Positions 28,205-38,181 of a DNA stretch of 64,000 nt are shown here, one piece after another. The position numbers were made by a program, and so were the translations under genes. Position 1 is the first letter of the stretch, and each line of letters begins with the position of its first letter. Source of the stretch: Candidatus Yanofskybacteria bacterium (lineage in GTDB: Bacteria; Patescibacteriota; Minisyncoccia; 2-02-FULL-40-12; IGHO2-01-FULL-4-A); NCBI GenBank assembly GCA_016181175.1, contig JACOZV010000001.1, forward strand, positions 4,643 to 68,642, read 5' to 3'. The notes below the pieces were generated by a model. That model was not told the origin of the DNA and made no database searches. It was given only the letters and a program-made list of their open reading frames with translations.

Positions 28205-29398
28205 ATGACAAAAACGGTTACCGACGAAAACAAAATAAATGAGTTTTTGAACTCAAGATACATTGAGGCGGTTTTTCCGTCTAAGGAGAGGGTGGCAGAA
28301 ATGATGACGGCAGGAAAGCGATTGGTTTTTTATTGGGGGATAGACCCGACCGGGCCGGATGTGCATTTGGGGCACACAACAAATGCATTTATTATGAAAA
28401 AGTTATCTGAATTTGGACACAAAATAATTATTCTAATCGGAGATTTTACGGCAACCATTGGTGATCCCACAGACAAGGAAGCTGTACGAAAATCGTTAAC
28501 AGAAAAAGAAGTCAAAGAAAATATGAAAACCTATTTAGGGCAGATATATAAAATTTTATCCAAAGGATCATTTAAAGTTAGATATAACTCGAAATGGTAT
28601 AGTAAAATGTTTTATAAAGATTGGTTGAAAGTAGCAATGAAGTTTACCCAACAACAAATGATTGCAAGAGACATGTTTCAGGAACGGCTTAAAAAAAACA
28701 AGCCAATCGGGATGCACGAGTTTGATTATCCAATGATGCAGGGCTACGACTCGGTAGTGATGAACGTAGACGGTGAGGTAGGGGGGAATGACCAGACATT
28801 TAATATGTTGGTAGGACGAGATTTGGTAAAAGATTTTTTGGGCAAAGAAAAGATTGTAATAACGACGCGGTTATTGGAGGACTCTATAACCAGAAAGAAA
28901 ATTATGAATAAAAGCGAGGGACAATATATTTCTTTGAACGATTCAGCGGAAAATATGTTCGGCAAAATTATGGCTATGCCAGATTCAGCGATATTGCCCT
29001 TATTCAGTTATGCTACCGAAATTACAGATGGTAAAATCGGTGAAATAAAATCGCGTCTTAAAGGCGGAGAAAATCCGATGGTTACCAAAAAAGAGTTAGC
29101 TTTTGAGGTGGTCAAAATGTATCATGGAGAAAAGACTGCAAAAAAAGAGGAAGAAAGTTTTGAGAAAGTATATTCGAACGGGCAACTTCCGGAAGATATC
29201 AAAGAAGTCGAGAATGGCGGTACGATTCTCCAAACGATGGTGGCAGCTGGCGTAGTAATTTCAAGTTCGGAGGGTAAAAGATTGATAGACCAGGGCGCCG
29301 TAAAAATTAGTGATCAAACTGTGAGTCGGTGGGATCAAGAAGTAAAATCGGGCGATGTTGTAAAAGTTGGACCCCATAAGTTTTTTAAACTAAAATAA
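28205..29398 (+). CDS. tyrS: tyrosine--tRNA ligase
   Basis: HLGH class I motif in the context YWGIDPTGPDVHLGH...IGDFTATIGDPT; KIMNKS (KMSKS-like); C-terminal S4-like domain. Confidence 0.85.
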   Translation: MTKTVTDENKINEFLNSRYIEAVFPSKERVAEMMTAGKRLVFYWGIDPTGPDVHLGHTTNAFIMKKLSEFGHKIIILIGDFTATIGDPTDKEAVRKSLTEKEVKENMKTYLGQIYKILSKGSFKVRYNSKWYSKMFYKDWLKVAMKFTQQQMIARDMFQERLKKNKPIGMHEFDYPMMQGYDSVVMNVDGEVGGNDQTFNMLVGRDLVKDFLGKEKIVITTRLLEDSITRKKIMNKSEGQYISLNDSAENMFGKIMAMPDSAILPLFSYATEITDGKIGEIKSRLKGGENPMVTKKELAFEVVKMYHGEKTAKKEEESFEKVYSNGQLPEDIKEVENGGTILQTMVAAGVVISSSEGKRLIDQGAVKISDQTVSRWDQEVKSGDVVKVGPHKFFKLK

Positions 29399-29430
29399 AA
29401 AACCACCGAGCATAGCTCGGTGGTTTTTCT
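29399..29430. terminator. bidirectional rho-independent terminator
   Basis: ACCACCGAGC-ata-GCTCGGTGGT followed by TTTTT. Confidence 0.8.
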
Positions 29431-29432
29431 AA

Positions 29433-29564
29433 TTACAGCGTTATCTCCTCTTTTTCTTCTTCTTCTGCGTCCGCTGTTTCACCCTCGGCGGTTACGCCGG
29501 TGGTTTCGTCTTTCTCTACGCCTAATTCGTCGGCGTCGATAAGACTGTATTTGATATCATTCAT
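29433..29564 (-). CDS. small acidic ORF of uncertain reality (about 43 aa from the internal ATG)
   Basis: MNDIKYSLIDADELGVEKDETTGVTAEGETADAEEEEKEEITL; the upstream part of the track ORF overlaps ruvC. Confidence 0.2.
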   Translation of the reverse strand: MNDIKYSLIDADELGVEKDETTGVTAEGETADAEEEEKEEITL

Positions 29565-29671
29565 AACGACCTCCCGAATTTTGCTTCTGTCCGCTGATTT
29601 CCCAAAATGGGTAACCCCCGAAATAATAGGCAAAATTGGGCTAAAGTTAACTAGGAGTATAGGTTCGAAAC

Positions 29672-30154
29672 CTACACTTCCGTGTATACTACCGTATTCG
29701 CGCAACAAATTGCAATAGCCAAAGCATCGGCAACATCATCTGGCCTTGGGATAGTCTTTAGTTCAAGTATCAGCTTTACCATATTTTGCACCTGCGTTTT
29801 TTCAGCTCGTCCGTAGCTGGCAACCGCTTGTTTAACCTGTAGCGGGGTGAATTCTGCAATTTCAATGCCGTTTTTAGCGGCGGTATACATTAACACGCCT
29901 CTAATTTCACTTACCTTGATTACCGTCTTGGCGTTTTTAAAGAAAAACAAACTTTCAAGCGCGATTTTATCAGGTTTATATTTTTTAACTAATTTGTCAA
30001 AAAAATTATAGACATCAACGACGCGGTCGCTATTTTTTATGTTTACCCCCGTTTTAAAATCGCCGAAATTAACGGCCTTATAATTTTTGCCGCTTACGTC
30101 TACAATGCCGTAGCCAATAAGTGAAGTACCGGGATCGATGCCTAATATGCGCAT
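29672..30154 (-). CDS. ruvC: crossover junction endodeoxyribonuclease RuvC
   Basis: ILGIDPGTS...GYG N-terminus; catalytic acidic residues; DVADALAIAIC. Confidence 0.85.
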   Translation of the reverse strand: MRILGIDPGTSLIGYGIVDVSGKNYKAVNFGDFKTGVNIKNSDRVVDVYNFFDKLVKKYKPDKIALESLFFFKNAKTVIKVSEIRGVLMYTAAKNGIEIAEFTPLQVKQAVASYGRAEKTQVQNMVKLILELKTIPRPDDVADALAIAICCANTVVYTEV

Positions 30155-30164
30155 AACTAAAATT

Positions 30165-30275
30165 TCTAATTAATCTAATTACTAATTGATCTAAATAAAC
30201 CTCCAGTATCTAATCCCCAATTAGTTATTAGTCATTTGTTATTATTCGGTAATTAGAGCAATTAGAAATTAGAAA
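30165..30275. repeat. intergenic repeat, copy B (CTAATTACTAATT ... TAAATAAAC ... TTAGAAATTAGAAATT)
   Basis: Shares ordered motifs with 17693-17781. Confidence 0.45.
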
Positions 30276-30276
30276 T

Positions 30277-30810
30277 TTACAAATTTGGCTCAGCCAAATT
30301 TGTGTACACATTTTCCACATCCTCATTATTGTCTAGCGCTTCAAAAAGTTTATCCAGTTTTTGATGGATTTCGGGGGCAGTTTCAATCGGAGCGTGAGGG
30401 TTCCAGTTTTTATCAAACATCCAGTTAAGTGAATTTTCTGGCACCATTTTAATTTCATGTTCCGCAAGAATGTGTTTGATTTCATTTACGGTCCGATTTT
30501 TATTATCAGTTATAGCTATAATTATAAGAGCAATACCGGCTGGTCCCATGGTTTGTATTACTAACTCATTCAGCGCAGTAGTGTCTTTATCGCCGGCTTT
30601 TTTTATTGCCCGTTCAATATTATCCTTTGGCATATTGAGAACTCGCGCTTCGTCAATAACAGATTGAAGTTTGTAATTAGTGGAAGGATCCATACCTTCA
30701 CGTGCGGCAACTGATATTTTCTTTGCCAACTTACTAAAAAGTTGACCCTTTTTCTGGTCGCTGATTCCTTTTTTGTGTTTTATCTGACTCCATTTAGAAT
30801 GCCCGGACAT
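30277..30810 (-). CDS. yebC: YebC/PmpR family DNA-binding regulator
   Basis: MSGHSKWSQIKHKKG N-terminus characteristic of the TACO1/YebC family. Confidence 0.8.
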   Translation of the reverse strand: MSGHSKWSQIKHKKGISDQKKGQLFSKLAKKISVAAREGMDPSTNYKLQSVIDEARVLNMPKDNIERAIKKAGDKDTTALNELVIQTMGPAGIALIIIAITDNKNRTVNEIKHILAEHEIKMVPENSLNWMFDKNWNPHAPIETAPEIHQKLDKLFEALDNNEDVENVYTNLAEPNL

Positions 30811-30819
30811 ATTGCTAAG

Positions 30820-31494
30820 TTATCGCTCTATAATAACCATTTGCAGTGATTTTGAGAAGCTTTGTTCGTTTTTGGAACAATTTATATCTATGTTTGCCGT
30901 TCCCGGTGTTGTGTTCCAGTTAATTTTCCACGACCAAGTTATGGTCCCGGAATTATCGGCTAGCTTATCTTCAAGTCCTTTAGCGTTTGATTGATTGCCG
31001 CTTGGCAGGGTAACCGTAATATCACATTTGGCTTCTGGCGCAGTTTTTATATCAAGTTGAGCGGTGTCATTTTGTTTAACCGGAGAAGTTATAGAAACGA
31101 CGATTATTTCATTAGTTTGTTGTGTAGGTTGTGGAGTTAGTGTCAGGGTAGGTGTCGGTGTAGGGGATGAGACTTGCCCTGATAGGGGCAGGCCACTGTT
31201 AGTAGCCGCCGGTTCTAATGGGGTTGGCGTAGGAGTTGACGAAACAACTGGTGAAGGAGTAGGTATAGGCGTAGTCGCAAAGGATGAAATTGGCGATGGA
31301 GTGTACGTTTTAGTAGCAGTTTTATTGGGTTTGGTTGCGAGTTTAGGCGTCGGAGTTTTAGTTGAATATTGATTTTGGATATTTTGAATAATTTGAGCGT
31401 AATTTTCTTCCTTCGGTCCGGCTTTATAATTTTCAAACAAAAACAATCCGCCAATTGTAACCCCAAAAGTTATAGCCGCTAGTAATAATCGCAT
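30820..31494 (-). CDS. membrane-anchored Pro/Thr-rich low-complexity secreted protein
   Basis: N-terminal TM; long PTPTP/TPSP tracts; C-terminal globular region with 2 Cys. Confidence 0.4.
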   Translation of the reverse strand: MRLLLAAITFGVTIGGLFLFENYKAGPKEENYAQIIQNIQNQYSTKTPTPKLATKPNKTATKTYTPSPISSFATTPIPTPSPVVSSTPTPTPLEPAATNSGLPLSGQVSSPTPTPTLTLTPQPTQQTNEIIVVSITSPVKQNDTAQLDIKTAPEAKCDITVTLPSGNQSNAKGLEDKLADNSGTITWSWKINWNTTPGTANIDINCSKNEQSFSKSLQMVIIER

Positions 31495-31528
31495 GCCGGC
31501 AATATAGCAATTAATCTAATTTTTGCAA

Positions 31529-32557
31529 CTAAATCAAAGATCCTTGCGAGTCCTTTTTTTGAGCAAGCCCCAAATGTTTGGCGGCGAGGTCGGTGAGCAT
31601 GCGGCCGCGGGAGGTGCGGGCGAGGAAACCAATTTGCATAAGATATGGTTCGTAGACGTCTTCAATTGTATCTTCTTCTTCAGCAATAGCGGCGGCGATT
31701 GATTTGAGTCCAACCGGACCACCAGCGAAGTTTTTGTGTATCAAGGTTAATATCTTGCGGTCTGTAGCATCAAGCCCCAACTCATCAATGCCGAGTAGTT
31801 CCAAAGCCTTGTTTGCAAACGCACTAGTCAAGACAGGTGAGTCCTGTACCTGCGCATAGTCACGTACGCGTTTAAGCAATCTGTTGGCAATGCGTGGCGT
31901 AAATCGTGAGGCGGCGGCAATTTTATCTATCGCATCCTTGTCTACCTCAATTTTTAGTAATTTGGCGGAACGTCGCAGTATTTTTTGCACTTCTTCTTTA
32001 TTGTAAAAATCTAATTTGTAGTGAGCTCCGAATCGGGAACGAAAAGGGTTGGACAGAAGCGAGATGCGCGTGGTGGCTGCAATCAAAGTGAAACGTGGGA
32101 GCTTAACCTGTAATGTTTTGGCCGAAGTTCCTTTGCCGATAATTATATCAAGGCAGTAGTTTTCCATTGCCGGATACAAGGTCTCTTCAACTGTTTTATT
32201 TAGCCTGTGTACTTCGTCAATAAACAGAAAGTCGCCGTCAGATAGTCCTGTGAGAATAGATCCGATGTCTCCAGCTTTTTCCAGTGCTGCACCGGAAGTT
32301 ATACGGATGCCGGCGCCAGATTCCTTGGCAATCAAATAAGCAAGAGTGGTTTTTCCAAGACCGGAGGGTCCATGTATCAGAATATGTTCAAGCGGTTCTT
32401 TGCGCTTTTTGGCCGCGCCGATTAATATAGCTAGATTTTCTTTAACATTTTCTTGACCTACGTATTCGTCAAATCGTGTTGGTCTCAAAGCCAAATCCAA
32501 AACCTGATCGTCCTGATCATGTGAAGTTGTTAGGTTAGGTTTTGGAGGGATTGACAT
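31529..32557 (-). CDS. ruvB: Holliday junction branch-migration ATPase RuvB
   Basis: GPSGLGKTTLA Walker A; DEVHRL; C-terminal winged helix. Confidence 0.9.
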   Translation of the reverse strand: MSIPPKPNLTTSHDQDDQVLDLALRPTRFDEYVGQENVKENLAILIGAAKKRKEPLEHILIHGPSGLGKTTLAYLIAKESGAGIRITSGAALEKAGDIGSILTGLSDGDFLFIDEVHRLNKTVEETLYPAMENYCLDIIIGKGTSAKTLQVKLPRFTLIAATTRISLLSNPFRSRFGAHYKLDFYNKEEVQKILRRSAKLLKIEVDKDAIDKIAAASRFTPRIANRLLKRVRDYAQVQDSPVLTSAFANKALELLGIDELGLDATDRKILTLIHKNFAGGPVGLKSIAAAIAEEEDTIEDVYEPYLMQIGFLARTSRGRMLTDLAAKHLGLAQKKDSQGSLI

Positions 32558-32588
32558 TAAATGTTTTTATCTATAGAATACTAATATA

Positions 32589-32613
32589 ATCCCTATAGGG
32601 TTCATAGGGATTT
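32589..32613. other. hairpin ATCCCTAT-agggttc-ATAGGGAT followed by TTTTT
   Basis: Read directly; 8-bp perfect stem. Confidence 0.45.
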
Positions 32614-32637
32614 TTGATGGCTATTGACCCCTATAAT

Positions 32638-32774
32638 CTGTAGGCAATTGAGCTGTTTGGGTAACCTTCTGGCTCAATCGGAGCATTTTCGCAGATGGTT
32701 AATTTGGCTCCGGCTGGTTTATACCTCGGTACTGCTCTACCCCGGGTTTCCTTAAGTCTGGGTTTTGCCTACAG
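32638..32774. ncRNA. candidate structured RNA of unknown class, closed by a 10-bp long-range stem
   Basis: CTGTAGGCAA (32638-32647) pairs with TTGCCTACAG (32765-32774). Internal hairpins TTGAGC...GCTCAA, CGGAGC...GCTCCG, GGTA...TACC. Lies between ruvB and pilB. Confidence 0.3.
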
Positions 32775-32808
32775 GTTATAAGGGTTTAGAAGCTATTCTA
32801 AAACTGTC

Positions 32809-34476
32809 TTATTCTCCTATAACCCGCATAACTTCTTCTATAGATGTGGTCCCGTCTAGTACTTTTAATAGTCCATCTTGTAATAATGTAATCATTCCTT
32901 TTTTCACAGCTAAGCCGTGGACTTCTGATATCGCCGGTGATGTTAGAATTAGTTTTTCCATTTCGTCGTCAATCTCAAATAATTCATAAATGCCAACCCT
33001 GCCTTGATAGCCGGTATTATTGCATTCTTGACATTGTTGAGGATAAAATATTTCCAGTGATTCATTCAATTTCGGTATTTCCATATTTTTTGGTAAAACA
33101 GCAAGATATTTTTTAAGCAACTCCAAATCTTCTTTGCTGATTTTCTCTTTTTTCTTACATTTTTGGCAAAGCCGTCTGACTAATCTTTGAGCCATTGCGG
33201 CATTAATTGCTGGGGCAATCGTTATCGGTCTTACACCCAAATCTATTAGCCGTGGAATTGTTCCAGAGGCGTTGTTAGTGTGCAACGTTGAAAAAACCAA
33301 ATGTCCCGTGAGTGCCGCCTGCATGGCAATTTCCGCAGTCTCCACGTCGCGTATTTCGCCTACCAGTATCACGTCGGGATCTTGTCGGACGATTGAACGC
33401 AGGCCGCCAGCAAAAGTATAGCCGGCTTTTGGATCAACTTGCGTTTGTGAAACGCCTTCAACATGGTACTCAATTGGATCTTCTATGGTAATTATTTTTA
33501 CATCAGACTTGTTAACATGTTTTATGAAAGCGTAAAGAGTTGTCGTTTTGCCGGAACCAGTCGGGCCGGTTGTAAGTATCGCACCGCTGGTTTTTTCAAG
33601 GAGTTTTTTAATCTGTTCCAATATGTCTTCCCTCATGCCCAAATCCTCAAGTTTTTGCTTGATAGTCGTGGGATCCAATATGCGCATGACGATATTTTCA
33701 CCGTAATTTCCCGGCAAAATTGAAACCCTGACTTCTATGTCTTGACCCTCTCTTCTTACGGTGAAGCGTCCATCTTGCGGTGAGTCGTGAATGTTTATTT
33801 TTAAGCCAGACAGCAACTTAATACGCGAAAGGATATTCGGGTAGCCCTCCGTGGAGAAATCAACAACATCGCTTAACACGCCGTCGAGCCTATAGCGCAG
33901 GCGTATTACTTTTTCTTCTGGTTCAAAATGTATATCCGAAGCCTTTATCTTAAGCGCGCCGGCTATTAATATATCAAGAACCTTAGTTATCGGCAGGGCA
34001 GTAAGCCGCTCTTTCAGATCAGCTATGTCTTTTATTTGTTTTTCTATATCTGATAGTTCATTTTCTTTGAGAGTGACCACTCCGTGTGTTTCTTCTGTCC
34101 GTTCTTTTTTCTCGCGGTATCTTTGCCAAGCCGTTTCTAAACTTAGCGGAGATGTTATCACCAGTCCATAAGCATATCCCTGTGTTTTCAGTTTATTTAA
34201 GATAAGTTGTGTTTGTTGGTTTTGCGGGTCAGAAACGGCAATTTTAAGATTTTGTCCAGTTTTTGACAGCACTACCAACTGGCCGCTGCGAGCATCTTTT
34301 TCATCCACGATTAAAACAGCATTAGTATCAATGGGAAATATTTTAAGGTCAGCATAAGGCAAACTTGATTTTTGAGCGGTTGCTTTTGTTTCTTCCTCAA
34401 TTTTTTGTACCTGAATAGAGGAAAGTTTTTCTTCCAGTTCCTTTTCCAAGTCTTGTTTTGTGGATATTTGTGCCAC
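32809..34476 (-). CDS. pilB: type IV pilus assembly / type II secretion ATPase of the PilB/GspE family
   Basis: Walker A GPTGSGKTTT; VGEIRD; His box; C-terminal tetracysteine CQKC...CQEC. Confidence 0.85.
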   Translation of the reverse strand: MAQISTKQDLEKELEEKLSSIQVQKIEEETKATAQKSSLPYADLKIFPIDTNAVLIVDEKDARSGQLVVLSKTGQNLKIAVSDPQNQQTQLILNKLKTQGYAYGLVITSPLSLETAWQRYREKKERTEETHGVVTLKENELSDIEKQIKDIADLKERLTALPITKVLDILIAGALKIKASDIHFEPEEKVIRLRYRLDGVLSDVVDFSTEGYPNILSRIKLLSGLKINIHDSPQDGRFTVRREGQDIEVRVSILPGNYGENIVMRILDPTTIKQKLEDLGMREDILEQIKKLLEKTSGAILTTGPTGSGKTTTLYAFIKHVNKSDVKIITIEDPIEYHVEGVSQTQVDPKAGYTFAGGLRSIVRQDPDVILVGEIRDVETAEIAMQAALTGHLVFSTLHTNNASGTIPRLIDLGVRPITIAPAINAAMAQRLVRRLCQKCKKKEKISKEDLELLKKYLAVLPKNMEIPKLNESLEIFYPQQCQECNNTGYQGRVGIYELFEIDDEMEKLILTSPAISEVHGLAVKKGMITLLQDGLLKVLDGTTSIEEVMRVIGE

Positions 34477-34771
34477 GTATTAATTTTAACACTTTTAAAT
34501 TATTTTGTTTTCAACATACGAGATATGTAACCCTTTGGTTTAGCAATAACGGGAATCATGGTCAATTGTTGATAATGTGATAAGCTGTTGATAATAATTT
34601 AATTAAATAAAAAAACGGCCGGGGCGAGCGGGGGATTAAAAATTAACCGTCAAAATCTATAAGCTGTTGACTTGTGACCGATGCCTTGCTATAATGAAAT
34701 TTAAGGTTGATATTGACTGATGTTGTCCGCAAGAAAGGCGGGCATTTTCATTAGCCATTACCATTTTTAAA

Positions 34772-36139
34772 ATGCTAGATACAAAACAATTTATATCAGC
34801 GATTAAACAAATTGCTGAGGAAAAAGGTATACCAGAAGATAAGGTCGTAGAAACCATTGAGGCCGCAATTGCCGCAGCCTATAAAAGAGACTATGGCGAG
34901 AAAGGTCAGATTATCAGGGCAAAATTAAACCAGGAAACTGGCGATGTTAAGATTACCCAGATTAAATATGTGGTTGAAGGGGCGGATGAGGAGGGTAATG
35001 TAATAGGTGAAGTTCCAGACCGACCCGAAGCAGTGGAGCTTCAAAGGATACAAAAAGATGCTGAGTTTTCTCAAAGAAGAACCGATGTCAAAAAGGGTGA
35101 GCCTGTTGAGGGTGGCGAAGCTGAAGAAGACGGTAAAATAAAATTTAATCCCGAAAAATATCTTACCCTTGAAGAAGCTAAGAAGATAAACAAGAAGCTG
35201 AAGGTGGGTGATGAGGTGGTAATCGAACGTGAATCCAAAACTGATTTTGGAAGGATTGCGGCCCAAACTGCTAAGCAAGTTATAATCCAGAGGCTACGAG
35301 AGGTAGAAAGGGAAGCAATTTTTGCAGAATTTAAGAAAAAAGAAAACGAAGTTGTTTCCGGCGTCGTTCAGAGGGTGGAAGGTAGTATGGTTTACATTGA
35401 TTTGGGCAGGACTAACGGTTTGCTTATTCCGGCTGAGCAACTCTATCAGGAAAATTATCGGATAGGGCAGCGTTTAAGGTTTTTAATACTAAGAGTAGAG
35501 GAAACCAACCGTGGACCGGTTGTGCTATTATCTCGCTCTCATCCAACATTGGTATTAAAGTTATTTGAGTTCGAAGTTCCCGAAATTGATGCTGGAAGCG
35601 TGGAAATCAAAGCTATCGCCAGAGAAGCAGGCTCAAGATCAAAAATTGCAGTTATATCAAACGAGGAAGGTGTCGATCCTATTGGTTCCCTGGTTGGTCA
35701 AAAGGGAGTGCGTGTTCAGACAGTAATCAACGAATTGGGCGGTGAGAAAGTTGATATTATTGAATGGAACGATGATTCAGCAAAATTTATTTCGAATGCT
35801 TTGTCACCAGCTAAAATTATTGACGTAAAAATATTGGACGAACAAAAACGTCATGCTTTGGTAGAGGTAGCTGATGACCAATTTTCTTTGGCAATTGGTA
35901 AAAAGGGTCAGAATGTCCGTTTGGCAGCCAAGCTTACAGGCTGGAAAATTGACGTCCGTGCGCCACAGGCCAAGATGACTCTTGAAGTTGCTGAAGCTGA
36001 AAAAGAGGGAGAGGTGCAGAAAACCGAAGTTCTAAGTGCCGAACCCGTAGAAGTTAAGGACGAACAAGAAAAAAGTGAAGAACCTAAAAAAGAGTCAGAA
36101 AAACCCAAAAAAGCCAAGAAAAAGAAAAAAGAGGAATAA
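34772..36139 (+). CDS. nusA: transcription termination/antitermination factor NusA
   Basis: N-terminal domain, S1 and two KH-like regions (GSRSKIAVIS, LAIGKKGQNVRLA); Lys/Glu-rich C-terminal tail. Confidence 0.85.
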   Translation: MLDTKQFISAIKQIAEEKGIPEDKVVETIEAAIAAAYKRDYGEKGQIIRAKLNQETGDVKITQIKYVVEGADEEGNVIGEVPDRPEAVELQRIQKDAEFSQRRTDVKKGEPVEGGEAEEDGKIKFNPEKYLTLEEAKKINKKLKVGDEVVIERESKTDFGRIAAQTAKQVIIQRLREVEREAIFAEFKKKENEVVSGVVQRVEGSMVYIDLGRTNGLLIPAEQLYQENYRIGQRLRFLILRVEETNRGPVVLLSRSHPTLVLKLFEFEVPEIDAGSVEIKAIAREAGSRSKIAVISNEEGVDPIGSLVGQKGVRVQTVINELGGEKVDIIEWNDDSAKFISNALSPAKIIDVKILDEQKRHALVEVADDQFSLAIGKKGQNVRLAAKLTGWKIDVRAPQAKMTLEVAEAEKEGEVQKTEVLSAEPVEVKDEQEKSEEPKKESEKPKKAKKKKKEE

Positions 36140-36143
36140 TTAA

Positions 36144-37451
36144 ATGACTTTTGCCGCTAATAAATTAAAAGATTCGCAAGTCCAATTAATCGTAAATCTT
36201 AATAAGGAAGACTTGCTTTTGTATGCGTTAGAAGCAGAAAAAGGGCTAGCCAAAGAAGTAAAAGTTGAAGGGTTTCGGCTGGGTAAGGCGTCAAAGGAAG
36301 CAATACGAAAAAAAGTAGGCGAACAAACAATTCGCGAAGAGGCGCTCAACCTGGCCATCCAGTCCACTATGGCTAAAATATTATCCGAAGAGAAATTTGA
36401 CGTGATGGAACAGTCAGATTTTATGATAAAAGAAAATTCAGCCGATAAATTGATATATCAGATTAGATTGACAGTTTTCCCTGAGGTCAAATTGGGGGAT
36501 TACAAAGGTTTGACAGTAAAAAGAAACTTAATTTCGGTGAATGAAGTCGAAGTTAAAAAGATATTGCAAGAAATTGTCAGCTCCCGGGCTATATTAAAAG
36601 AGGTAAAAAAGCCGGCCAAGACGGGCGATCGCGTGGAGGTGGATTTTTTAGTTAAAGATGCCGGCGCATTAATAGATGGCGGCAAAAGTGAAAATCATCC
36701 TTTAGTAATTGGCGAGGATAAGTTTATTCCTGGTTTTGAAGCCCAAATTATCGGGTTAAAAACCGGTGAAAAAAAGAGTTTTTCACTCAAAATTCCGGAT
36801 GATTTTTATCAGAAATCAATTGCCGGAAAGAATTTAGATTTTGAGATAGTGCTTAAGCGTGTAGAGGAGAGAACCGTGCCGAAGCTGGATGATTCTTTTG
36901 CCAGGAGCCTAGGGCAGTTTCAAATGCTTGCAGAACTTGAGGCTAGCATAAAACAAGGACTGACCCTGGAAAAAGAAGCGAAAGAAAAAGACCGGATGAG
37001 GTTGACCATTTTGAACGAAATAGCCGATAAAACAAAAGTTGACGTTCCGTCGATGCTGGTTGAAAAACACCTGGATTCCATGGTACAGGGGCTAGACAAC
37101 GAATTGCATGAAAAAGGCATGGAACTCGGGTTGTATTTAGCGCACATCAAAAAGACCCAGGAAGATCTTCGCCGTGATTGGCGCAACAAGGCGGAGGAGC
37201 AGGTAAAAATAAGTTTGATAGTTAGGGCAGTTGGCAAAGAGGAACGTTTTGAGGTTAGCGAAAGCGAAATTAACAGAGAGCTGGAACTTGTGCTCCAGCA
37301 ATATATGGCAAGAGGGGGCGCCGACGGTGGACCAGGCGGGCAGGAAATTTTACAAAATATTGATCCGGAGCAGATGAAAAGCAAAATTCATAATGCGTTA
37401 CTCAATGAAAAAGTGTTTGAGTTTTTGGAAAAACACACAAAATTTATTTAA
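36144..37451 (+). CDS. tig: trigger factor
   Basis: N-terminal ribosome-binding domain, central FKBP-type PPIase segment (DRVEVDF..GFE), C-terminal arm; 435 aa. Confidence 0.85.
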   Translation: MTFAANKLKDSQVQLIVNLNKEDLLLYALEAEKGLAKEVKVEGFRLGKASKEAIRKKVGEQTIREEALNLAIQSTMAKILSEEKFDVMEQSDFMIKENSADKLIYQIRLTVFPEVKLGDYKGLTVKRNLISVNEVEVKKILQEIVSSRAILKEVKKPAKTGDRVEVDFLVKDAGALIDGGKSENHPLVIGEDKFIPGFEAQIIGLKTGEKKSFSLKIPDDFYQKSIAGKNLDFEIVLKRVEERTVPKLDDSFARSLGQFQMLAELEASIKQGLTLEKEAKEKDRMRLTILNEIADKTKVDVPSMLVEKHLDSMVQGLDNELHEKGMELGLYLAHIKKTQEDLRRDWRNKAEEQVKISLIVRAVGKEERFEVSESEINRELELVLQQYMARGGADGGPGGQEILQNIDPEQMKSKIHNALLNEKVFEFLEKHTKFI

Positions 37452-37454
37452 ACT

Positions 37455-37485
37455 AAAATCCCGCATAAATGCGGGATTTTAGTTT
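37455..37485. terminator. rho-independent terminator after tig
   Basis: AAAATCCCGCA-taaa-TGCGGGATTTTAGTTT. Confidence 0.8.
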
Positions 37486-37715
37486 ACTAAAACTTCGTGG
37501 GAACCAAGATGGCGATTTTCTATCGGGTTTACCAACAGTTTTCCCTTGCAGTAGAGATAAGGCCGTTTTATTATATAATAGGTCTTATAAGGGTCCCGCT
37601 AGGCGGGACCTGAAGTTACTGCAAAGCCACGCTATCCCAGTAGCCACTATCTGTATTATACACTTATAATTTATTAATGTCAATAGTAAGAAGTTAAAGA
37701 TTGATTTAGGCCGCT

Positions 37716-38093
37716 ATGTTTACCTCTTCTCGTTATTCATATCTAGCTTTGAGACTTGGCTTAGCTGTGGTTTTTTTGTGGTTCGGTATAGACAAGATGT
37801 TTCGTCCAGCCTATTGGCTTAATGCTTGGGTGCCGCAGAATATTCAGACACTTATAGCGCAGTTTAGCGTTACCGGTTTGCAATTTATTTATCTTAATGG
37901 TATTTTTGAAATTCTTGTTGGATTGAGTTTGATTACCGGAGTGTTTGCCAAATTTTTTTCAGTCTTGGCTATCCTGTTTTTGTTAAGCGTTTTAATTTTT
38001 GTTGGAATAAGCGAGGTGACTGTCCGCGATTTCGCAATGATAGGAGGATTTATAGCAATCGTGTTTTGGCCAAATGGAAATAGAAGATTTTAA
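37716..38093 (+). CDS. DoxX-family membrane protein
   Basis: 125 aa; 4 TM helices; LRLGLAVVFLWFGIDK N-terminus typical of DoxX. Confidence 0.65.
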   Translation: MFTSSRYSYLALRLGLAVVFLWFGIDKMFRPAYWLNAWVPQNIQTLIAQFSVTGLQFIYLNGIFEILVGLSLITGVFAKFFSVLAILFLLSVLIFVGISEVTVRDFAMIGGFIAIVFWPNGNRRF

Positions 38094-38099
38094 CTTTTG

Positions 38100-38130
38100 G
38101 ATATCGAATGTCCAAAGGACATTCGATATC
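38100..38130. other. perfect 14-bp palindrome (GATATCGAATGTCC-aaa-GGACATTCGATATC) between the doxX-like and dsbA-like genes
   Basis: Read directly; no T-run follows, so it could be an operator site rather than a terminator. Confidence 0.5.
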
Positions 38131-38181
38131 GGTAATTAAGATTTGACCCCCGTTACAGTTTATTGTTAGCATTAACTCATC

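Noticed and set aside
37490-37715. Possible SRP (4.5S) RNA in the tig-doxX spacer, suggested by GTTTACCA and a GC hairpin GGTCCCGC-tag-GCGGGACC
   Set aside because: It lacks the GGAA/GNRA tetraloop and the symmetric-loop AGG/CAGG signature of SRP domain IV. I kept it only as an unexplained structured spacer.
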